The notes under the pieces were generated by a model. It was not told the DNA's origin, made no database searches, and saw only the letters and a list, made by a program, of their open reading frames with translations. A stretch of DNA of 63,858 nucleotides, filler included, from Stramenopiles sp. TOSAG23-2 (taxonomy: Eukaryota), in NCBI GenBank assembly GCA_900128395.1. It is 17 parts of 17 records of this genome, joined end to end, with 100 filler letters (N's around TTAATTAATTAA, not from the genome) between each part and the next. Parts side by side here need not be neighbours in the genome. Positions count along the whole stretch, not along the records: positions 53,373 to 57,349 come from LT651036.1; positions 57,450 to 61,425 come from LT651037.1; positions 61,526 to 62,642 come from LT653679.1; positions 62,743 to 63,858 come from LT653680.1; 13 more parts are not named here. One strand, 5' to 3'. This document shows, piece after piece, positions 56,010 to 63,858 of this stretch; the stretch's first letter is position 1, and each line of letters begins with the position of its first letter. A program made the position numbers and the translations under genes.

Positions 56010-56221
56010 AGATTTACATGTGTCGGAAAGCCCTGGATGTGGTTAACATGAATGAATAAAAGTGGTGAAATGTGTTGAATGAATAAAGTATGTACTTAAT
56101 TAAATAACTGTGAATTCTGGAATTCCTGGCTACGATAATCTGGTGCGACCTGTCCTGCAGACAAGATATGACGATTCTTCATCCCCATACACACATTACA
56201 CATGCCAAAACTTATTAATTT

Positions 56222-56995
56222 TTACAATCTACTGCCTACCATGCTCCCACCTGAAATTTGAAAGTTTTCCCCCGTCATATAAGATGCTTCATCAGAGCAT
56301 AAAAATGCAACAACACGACCAACTTCATCTGGTTCACCTAATCTTCTCAACATATAAGACCCAATTCGTTTCTTCTCCTCTGCTGGATCTTGCCACTGGT
56401 AGCCAGCAAATCGAGTTTTAATCACGCCAGGACAAATACCATTTACACGAATTTGAAACTTTGGATGGCCTAATTCAAGTGCTGCTGCCTTTACAAGTCC
56501 CATTACAGCTGTTTTACTAACGCCATAAATCGGTGTAGCGTCTCCAGGGAAATATCCACCCATAGATGCATTCATAACAATCGAACCGCCTTTGTTCATG
56601 TGTTCTACTGAATGTTTAATCCATAACCAAAACGATTTTACATTGACATCGAAAACTTTGTCATATTGCTCTTCCGTATATGTTAATATACTTCCCATGC
56701 CAGGTGAGACACCATAGTTTAAAATCAAGTGGTCAAATTTACCATATTTTTGAACCACCTGCTCAAGAATGTTCATGATACCCTCTTTTTTAGCAGCATG
56801 TTCTTTTATGCCAACTACATTTTCAACGCCAGCTGCTTTCAGCTCATTTACAGCTTTGGTGACATTTGGTTCACGTCGACTATTCACAACAATTGTAGCT
56901 CCTTCCATACCAATGTATTTTGCAGCTGAGAAGCCCATTCCATCTGTACAGCCAATTGCCAAAACTATTTTCCCCCTTAATCCTCTTTCTGGCAT
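56222..56995 (-). CDS. DHRS4-like peroxisomal short-chain dehydrogenase
   Basis: GCTDGMG, SRREPNV, YGVSK catalytic motif, IRVNGICPGVIKTRFA; ends SRL (PTS1). Confidence 0.88.
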   Translation of the reverse strand: MPERGLRGKIVLAIGCTDGMGFSAAKYIGMEGATIVVNSRREPNVTKAVNELKAAGVENVVGIKEHAAKKEGIMNILEQVVQKYGKFDHLILNYGVSPGMGSILTYTEEQYDKVFDVNVKSFWLWIKHSVEHMNKGGSIVMNASMGGYFPGDATPIYGVSKTAVMGLVKAAALELGHPKFQIRVNGICPGVIKTRFAGYQWQDPAEEKKRIGSYMLRRLGEPDEVGRVVAFLCSDEASYMTGENFQISGGSMVGSRL

Positions 56996-57579
56996 CTTTC
57001 AATTGTTTTTTTCCTTTGACTCGATTAATTTTTCCTTTACGATCTTTTGTTGTCAATATGACGAAATTACATATGTATGTACATGTTTATGTATATAGTA
57101 TATCTGAAAGATATGCAAAGATACGTATTAAATATGGTGGGTGGGTTTTCAAGTTTTCTACCAGTATAACCTTTTATAGGTATTATACCCTGAATCTACT
57201 CTGGTCCAGAACGCCAACATCCATTATGAATAGTGTTATTTTTTTCATATTTTGACACTTTTTCCACTATTTTAAATAGGATCTTAGTCTTGGCAGTCTA
57301 CAGAGCATTTTTTGTAAAAAATTCTACATTTTTGCACCTTTTTATGGATNNNNNNNNNNNNNNNNNNNNNNNNNNNNNNNNNNNNNNNNNNNNTTAATTA
57401 ATTAANNNNNNNNNNNNNNNNNNNNNNNNNNNNNNNNNNNNNNNNNNNNTCATTATACGACTCACCAAATGCACATTTTAAAGCAAAACGATTATTATAG
57501 GCGCAAGTTTTATCATAATAATCGCGGTTTGTATATCTCTATATATATAAATTTTTAAAATTTTTTTCTCTCTTTTTTC

Positions 57580-58761
57580 CTATAATTCATTTGTAGGTTT
57601 GTTTACCAAATAATCATCATCATATTTTTGATCTGTTGGTTGAAATACAATCTTCTCTTTTTCTTCTTCTCCAACTTTATCCTTTCCTTTATTACCTTTC
57701 TTGTTCTTTCGATGATGGACCTTTTTTCTTTTATGTTTATTTGGATTGGCAACAATTGGATTAGGTTCATTGCTTATTTCTATATCATTAACATCAAAAA
57801 GATCCGCAATTTTTTGCATGGAACGTGTTTTTTTTGAAGATAATTTAACACCAATATCAGCTTTTAACATACCATTCATTCTTAACATATATTGCAACAC
57901 ATATTTACAATTAATTGGATGTGCTTCCGTTTCAATACAAAATCGAATGTAGTCTTGACATATCGTATGTAAATCTAATAATTGACCATCCCTTTTAAAC
58001 ATGGATGTATTTTTCAATGCACCACGTGCAATCATAACTGACGATACGCCCGTCTCCTTCATTACATTCTCAACATCTTCATGTGAATATAAATCACCAT
58101 TAGCAAGCACTGGAATATTTACAGCATTGACTATTGGTTTTATTTCAGCCCAGCGTGCTGGATCTTTTGGCCTTTCCTTCTCCGACCTTGCATGTATTGA
58201 TATTGCATATGCACCAGCTTTTTCTAATGATTTACAAAAATTAACAGTTTCTTCAGTAGTATCAAGAAGACGTATTTTACAAGTTATTGGCATATCTGGA
58301 AATTTTGCTTTTAAACCACTTATTATATCACAAGCAACATCTGCTTTTTTCAACAAAGCTGCTCCCATACCACCTTTAATGGAAAACGATTTCGGGCAAC
58401 CCATATTAATATCTAGTGCATCAACATCCTTTGCAATAACTTCAGCACCTTTAATTGCACTTTCTTTTGAACTACTGCCTAACTGGAAAACTAATTTTCC
58501 TTTTTCCAAACTGCGTTTTGTACGGAAACATAAAGATCCATTGGGCATTAAAAAATCAACTGTGCCTAATTTCGTATTTTCAATTCTTGTACACTGCGGT
58601 AACTTGTGGTCAATAATTTCCGGACCCCATACGGTTGATGCACCATATTTTAATGATAATAACCGTAATGGTAATGTACCACAGCGTACCATTGGTGCTA
58701 AACACCATTTTCCATTTGCAAACATGGAAGTTGCTAATTCCGTTGCTATTTTGCTGGACAT
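57580..58761 (-). CDS. DUS2: tRNA-dihydrouridine(20) synthase
   Basis: LAPMVRCGTLPLRLL, DINMGCPKSFSIKGGMGAALL, TCKIR, IHAR, LANGD, MIARGA. Confidence 0.92.
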   Translation of the reverse strand: MSSKIATELATSMFANGKWCLAPMVRCGTLPLRLLSLKYGASTVWGPEIIDHKLPQCTRIENTKLGTVDFLMPNGSLCFRTKRSLEKGKLVFQLGSSSKESAIKGAEVIAKDVDALDINMGCPKSFSIKGGMGAALLKKADVACDIISGLKAKFPDMPITCKIRLLDTTEETVNFCKSLEKAGAYAISIHARSEKERPKDPARWAEIKPIVNAVNIPVLANGDLYSHEDVENVMKETGVSSVMIARGALKNTSMFKRDGQLLDLHTICQDYIRFCIETEAHPINCKYVLQYMLRMNGMLKADIGVKLSSKKTRSMQKIADLFDVNDIEISNEPNPIVANPNKHKRKKVHHRKNKKGNKGKDKVGEEEKEKIVFQPTDQKYDDDYLVNKPTNEL

Positions 58762-58966
58762 CGTCTATATAAATTATTAATGTTATTGTTATAATGAACT
58801 ATAATTTCATGATCCATTCTATGTATATTGGTATATGTCAAAAACGACATCATTCTATTTCTAATAATTTAAATTGCACATACAATTTATATTCTTATAA
58901 ATTATTACAGCACACTACTACATATCGAAATAGAAAGAAGAAGATAAGCACATATTATATAATAAT

Positions 58967-59161
58967 GCCATGGAATGCCAGGAATGTCTCTGGCAATCCT
59001 GCTAAGGCCTGCCCAGCCTGGCAATCCTGGCTGGCTGGCAATCCTGGCAATCTGGCAATCCAGCAATCTGGCAATCCAGCAATCTGGCAATCCAGCAAAA
59101 TGGTGCAACAAAGAAGAAGAGAATTAAGAGTGCTGTGGGAGAGCTGGCTGGGTTGGCCAGG
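58967..59161. promoter_or_regulatory. GC island, (CTGGCAAT/CCAGCAAT)n, in the DUS2/NEK2 divergent promoter
   Basis: Longest such array; no CpG across 58967-59097. Confidence 0.55.
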
Positions 59162-59507
59162 TTGATATTAAGGTATAATACTGAACACCTTAAAACCGCA
59201 ACATGAACGTTGCTTTTGTCGTCGCGGTCTGCTGCATCGTAGTCTATGCTCTGCTATGCTCTGCGATGTTACAATAGTAAAAAAAAAATAATAATAACTG
59301 TACAATTGTATTACCATACTAATTTTCAAACTAGAGTCTATATATATTCATAATAATATCGATATAAATATTAAATACAGTATACATCATATACAACAGA
59401 GATTAAAAACAAACAATATTAGTTATATATAACGATAATAAAGAAAGATTATAAGAGTTGTTAAACTAAAGAAAAAAAAGAAAGAAGAAAATAATAGTAC
59501 AATAATA

Positions 59508-60839
59508 ATGGATCAGTACAGAGTATTAGATTTAGTCGGTAAAGGCTCTTTCGGTGTTGTTAGAAAAATTCAACGTCGTTCAGATGGACGTATACTTGTA
59601 TGGAAAGAATTAAATTATGGTTCCATGAGTGACAAAGAAAAACAGTTAGTAGTATCAGAGGTCAATATACTTCGGGAATTACGCCATCCACATATACTTC
59701 GTTATTACGATAGGATCATTGATAAACCAACCACGAAACTTTTTGTTATTACTGAATATTGCGAAGGTGGTGATCTAGGCAAACTTATCAAACGATACAG
59801 GGCTAAAGCTGGTAAAATTGATGAGCAACGTATTTGGAAATATTTTGCACAAATTATTATGGCACTTTCCGCTTGTCATAGACGTAAAGAAAAAGGCATT
59901 TTGAAACCAATTTTACATCGCGACATTAAACCAGCAAACGTCTTTCTCGACCGACATGGCAATGTAAAAATGGGGGATTTTGGCTTGGCTAGGGAACTAA
60001 GTAGCCAATCAAAATTTGCACGTACAAATGTTGGTACACCATATTACATGTCGCCAGAACAAACGAACGGCTTGAAATATGACGAAAGATCGGATATATG
60101 GGCAGTCGGTTGCGTGTTGTATGAATTAGCTGCTTTACGACCTCCATTCCAAGCAAGAAATCAAGTTGCACTCGCAATGAAAATCAATGCTGGAAAATTT
60201 GATCGCATTCCGATGCATTATAGTGATGACTTGCACCGTGCAATACGCTGGATGTTGCATATCAATTTGAAAAACAGACCTAGAGTTGAAGAATGCCAAA
60301 GTATCCCACAAGTGAAGGCATATTACGCATCGCAACAACAAAAACAACAAACAGGAATAGCAGGCAACAACAATGTTAAAAAGGGGAACAGTGTTAAAAC
60401 TAGTACATCAACTAGTGCATTGGTTGCACGTGAAAGGAAGGTTTCAGAGAAAGAAATGGAATTATCCAGACGTGAAAAAAAATTAAATGAAAATATTGAA
60501 AAAATCAAAAAAGAAGATAAATTATTAAAAGAAAGAGAAAGTAATTTAAAACGCTTGGAGCAAAAATTATTAAGATTACAAACAGACTTAACACTTCGCG
60601 AGACACGATTAGAAACCGCTGAAATGGAAATGCGATTAAAGCAACGTACCGCTTCCGTTACAACTTCAAAAACAGCAACAAGTTATTTATCAAATAATAA
60701 TTATACAACGACAGGACAAAAAAAAATGGATAGTAATAAATGGGCATCATCGGCAAAACCGTTTGATAACAAAACAAATGCAATGAATTATCAAGGTTAT
60801 AATATTACAAGGGAAACTACAAAATTAACAGAATTGTAA
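59508..60839 (+). CDS. NEK2: NIMA-related kinase
   Basis: GKGSFG, LVWKELNYGSMSDKEKQLVVSEVNILREL, HRDIKPAN, GDFGLA, VGTPYYMSPE, C-terminal coiled coil. Confidence 0.92.
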   Translation: MDQYRVLDLVGKGSFGVVRKIQRRSDGRILVWKELNYGSMSDKEKQLVVSEVNILRELRHPHILRYYDRIIDKPTTKLFVITEYCEGGDLGKLIKRYRAKAGKIDEQRIWKYFAQIIMALSACHRRKEKGILKPILHRDIKPANVFLDRHGNVKMGDFGLARELSSQSKFARTNVGTPYYMSPEQTNGLKYDERSDIWAVGCVLYELAALRPPFQARNQVALAMKINAGKFDRIPMHYSDDLHRAIRWMLHINLKNRPRVEECQSIPQVKAYYASQQQKQQTGIAGNNNVKKGNSVKTSTSTSALVARERKVSEKEMELSRREKKLNENIEKIKKEDKLLKERESNLKRLEQKLLRLQTDLTLRETRLETAEMEMRLKQRTASVTTSKTATSYLSNNNYTTTGQKKMDSNKWASSAKPFDNKTNAMNYQGYNITRETTKLTEL

Positions 60840-61758
60840 AAAGAAATGAAATACGATATGATAACTTTGTTACATATAATACGCATGACTTTCATTAAAT
60901 ATTTATATACCAAGGTAGCGTCACTACTATCATAAATAAAACAGAAGAGTAAAAAGCAAATATAATAATAATAAATAAATAAAAAAGAAGAATATATAAT
61001 TTATACGAAGTATGAGATAAGAAACAGATATGGTATGATATGATGTTATGGTGATATATGATATATCATGCTCGTATATCAAGAGATATTAAATGGATAT
61101 TGGTGAATGGTATATAAATTCATACGAAAAAATATACGCGGATACGCGGAGATAGAGAGTGCGAGATGAGAATAAACCAAATGGACCACAGAGAGAGAGA
61201 GAGATTAAAAAATATTAATTGGATTTATTTTTTAATTTTTTTTTATTTTATAAAAATATACGTCGTATTTTTTTATATTAAAAAAATATTAAATTAAATA
61301 TATATCATCTGCCTCAGTTATTGTATTCTTTCGAAGACTATCTTTCTTTTTACGAATCACTACTATTCAGCAAAAGTTTTTTTCTGAGAAACATAAAGAC
61401 TAGAGTCCATAAATATGCGGTTTGTNNNNNNNNNNNNNNNNNNNNNNNNNNNNNNNNNNNNNNNNNNNNTTAATTAATTAANNNNNNNNNNNNNNNNNNN
61501 NNNNNNNNNNNNNNNNNNNNNNNNNTGTGCAGATCTTGTACACAAATATATATCTATAGATATAAATAAATTTATTATTATCATCATTTCCATTAAACGT
61601 GTCTACAATATAGTACCATAATCATAGTGAGAACATATTTACGTGTGTCAATATTATTTATCGAATATATATATATAAGATAATAATACATATAATAATA
61701 TACATTTTAGATCAATATTACTTATATCACAAATATAAAAGAAAAATAAAACGACATT

Positions 61759-62619
61759 ATGGCGACGCAAGTACTTGCACCAAAACATATTTATGGTATT
61801 AAAGCAAATTGTAAAGACAATGTATGGTATATGGATGACGGCATGGTAGTATATCCAGCAGGTAATCACATTGTTATTTTAGCAGTTGCATCTGGTGTAC
61901 AAAAATTTATTCCATGTAGTGTTGACTCAGATGGTATTACAGCTATAGCAATTAGTCCAAGTTTAAGATATATTGCCGTTGCAGAGCAAGGTGTGAAACG
62001 TGCTGTGATAAACGTATATGATTTACATACGTTGAAACGCAGAAAAAACTTTTCCAGCCCTGATATTAATTCTAAAATGTTTGTTAGTATGTGTTTCAGC
62101 GCTGATAATAAATTGTTAATCACGCAAAGTGGCCCACCTGATTGGTGTTTAATGGCTTGGCAATGGGAAAAAAGCAAAGCATTGGCTATGACAAAAATTC
62201 AAGCACCTGGTGGTCCAATGGCACAAATATATCAATGTAGTTGCTCCCCGTTAGAACGCTCAGTTACCTTGGTGACTGGTGATGGTTTATGTGAATTTTA
62301 TCGTATACAAGATCAAACGTTAAAACCTGTGCCAACGATGTCAAATGCGTCTGGTACAGAAAAATATTTATGTCACGCATGGTTACCAGAAGATAAAGTT
62401 ATCGTAGGTACGGATGGTGGTAGTATTGTCTTATTAGAAGGTGGTAACTTTAGTGGTGTTTTACCATGTTCCCCTTCCGATGGAAATGCAATACGTTGCC
62501 TAGCTGTATATAGTAGTGGATTTTTAGCTGGTGGCGACAATGGCGTTGTTCGTATTTTTGAATTAGCGGAAGATGGGCAATATAGCTTGTTAAAAAATTT
62601 AAAAATACATAAAAAATAA
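61759..62619 (+). CDS. CFAP57: Cilia- and flagella-associated protein 57 (WDR65), N-terminal WD40 part
   Basis: HIYGI..DNV..VVYPAGN..QKFI, YIAVAE, YDLHTLKRRK, GPPDW.L..WQWEK. Confidence 0.88.
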   Translation: MATQVLAPKHIYGIKANCKDNVWYMDDGMVVYPAGNHIVILAVASGVQKFIPCSVDSDGITAIAISPSLRYIAVAEQGVKRAVINVYDLHTLKRRKNFSSPDINSKMFVSMCFSADNKLLITQSGPPDWCLMAWQWEKSKALAMTKIQAPGGPMAQIYQCSCSPLERSVTLVTGDGLCEFYRIQDQTLKPVPTMSNASGTEKYLCHAWLPEDKVIVGTDGGSIVLLEGGNFSGVLPCSPSDGNAIRCLAVYSSGFLAGGDNGVVRIFELAEDGQYSLLKNLKIHKK

Positions 62620-63053
62620 TATTATTGTTTTGTGAAAACAATNNNNNNNNNNNNNNNNNNNNNNNNNNNNNNNNNNNNNNNNNNNNTTAATTAATTAANN
62701 NNNNNNNNNNNNNNNNNNNNNNNNNNNNNNNNNNNNNNNNNNTATGTTGATTTTCAATAATAATGTTATCACTACTATCAATCAAAGAAAATTCTAATAA
62801 TGAATGTGAATCACTCATTCTATTTCTGTCAAAATTAATCTAAATGATGATAATAATTGTAATAATACGTAAAATCTTTTTTTACTTATTAATCTATCTT
62901 ATTAACATATTTTGAGGTATAGATGATACATACGATGCTTTCATCTTCTTAGTTGTATTATTAGCGAGCATGCACACAAGCTATTATTGAAATTATTATC
63001 GCTATAATAAATAAATATATTAATAATAATATTAATAATAGTTGCACAACCCA

Positions 63054-63200
63054 AGCTGGCCAGCTGGCAAGTAGTAGTGCCAGGAGTGCCCACCACGAAG
63101 CCGCTGCCATGCTGCCAGCCTTCTGATGGTGGCAAGAGTGCCTGGAGTGCGCAAGCCTGGCAAGCCAGGCAAGGCCTGCTGGGCCTGGGAGGAAGATGCC
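63054..63200. promoter_or_regulatory. GC island rich in TGCCA/CTGG/CCAGG upstream of SET gene
   Basis: Same motif vocabulary as the other islands; 145-290 bp before ATG 63345. Confidence 0.5.
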
Positions 63201-63344
63201 CAACAAATAACCAAAAATAATAATATTTTGTATATATATTATTTTTTATAAAAAAATTAAAATAATGATTGTATTATAATACATACTATGCTAATCTATG
63301 TATATATATATAGTGTGTGTGTGTATAGAAATAATACAATAAAT

Positions 63345-63858
63345 ATGGAAAATGCTAATTTATTAATAAAGGATTTGTGGTCTATTTACGGCGTTGCCAA
63401 TGATAAAATAATTGTTAGTCCATCTTCGTGTGGTGGAAATGGCGTATTTTTAACATCAGATGTAAAACAAAACGAAAATGTGTTGAAAATACCTTTAGAA
63501 ATTATAATTACTGAAAAGATTGCGGTCAACTCACTTGTTGGTAAATCTATTAAACAAGTTTGGGGTGAAAATATTCCTGATCGTATCATTTTAACCTTGT
63601 ACTTATTGCATATGAAAACCATATATGGCTATAGTAGCCATACTAAGACTAATATAACAAATAATAATATTAATAATAATAATAATAATAATACTAACAT
63701 CATGAAAACCTATGTCAATTCACTGCCAAATAAATATAGCACACCAACTTTTATTGCCTCAATGGAAGAAGAAGAAGCAGACAATGGAGGTTTGAGTACA
63801 AAAATATTGAATCGTTTAACGGGCACTGCAGTTGGTAATCGAGAAAAAACGAGATGTG
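63345..63858 (+). CDS. SET-domain methyltransferase, SETD3/Rubisco-LSMT class (3'-truncated)
   Basis: Not in the track. GGNGVFLTSDVKQNENVLKIPLEIII, LTLYLL, YVNSLP..YSTP. Confidence 0.75.
   Translation, partial: MENANLLIKDLWSIYGVANDKIIVSPSSCGGNGVFLTSDVKQNENVLKIPLEIIITEKIAVNSLVGKSIKQVWGENIPDRIILTLYLLHMKTIYGYSSHTKTNITNNNINNNNNNNTNIMKTYVNSLPNKYSTPTFIASMEEEEADNGGLSTKILNRLTGTAVGNREKTRC

Noticed and set aside
14505-56995. Apparent cluster of four PTS1 proteins
   Set aside because: They lie on four different contigs.
58001-58780. Long antisense ORFs (also 21716-22228, 51251-51781, 39113-39577)
   Set aside because: Shadows of real genes on the opposite strand.
58794-59165. ORFs over GC micro-repeat islands (also 7354-7591, 62941-63214)
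   Set aside because: Translation of stop-poor repeats; not protein-like.
4024-62742. Regularly spaced TTAATTAATTAA about every 4.1 kb
   Set aside because: Artificial joiners between size-sorted contigs; gene adjacency across them is meaningless.
1-63858. tRNA, rRNA or snRNA genes
   Set aside because: None recognised by eye; a covariance-model scan is needed to exclude them.

Overview
This window is not one continuous locus. It is 17 unrelated contigs (15 of about 4.0 kb in descending length, then two of about 1.1 kb) joined by artificial 100-nt linkers (N44-TTAATTAATTAA-N44). The source is an AT-rich, intron-poor eukaryote using the standard genetic code. Ciliary genes (CFAP57, ARMC2) and peroxisome-targeted enzymes fit a flagellated protist such as a marine stramenopile (inference), and short inverted chimeras suggest whole-genome-amplified DNA. 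Recognisable genes: eIF5B, TAF6, PRA1, peroxisomal Lon, a DIRC2/FLVCR-like MFS transporter, GatC, the BRF1 tail, ARMC2, a CaiB/BaiF CoA-transferase, a DHRS4-like SDR, DUS2, a NEK2-like kinase, CFAP57 and a SET-domain protein. Main leads: (1) intergenic DNA is dense in TA-[short core]-TA motifs, several present in one repeat copy and absent in another, resembling Tc1/mariner excision footprints, with different classes near 5' and 3' gene ends; (2) nearly CpG-free TGCCAG/CCWGG micro-repeat islands lie upstream of most genes; (3) a CCCH zinc-finger ORF is bracketed by 350-bp direct repeats; (4) two unusual enzyme fusions, an EcKL/APH kinase plus sucrose-phosphatase-type HAD ending in SKL, and a Gfo/Idh/MocA oxidoreductase plus nitrile-specifier-like kelch propeller; (5) a decayed fragment resembling an iridovirus-like giant-virus gene. 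All assignments come from motif recognition by eye; no searches were run.
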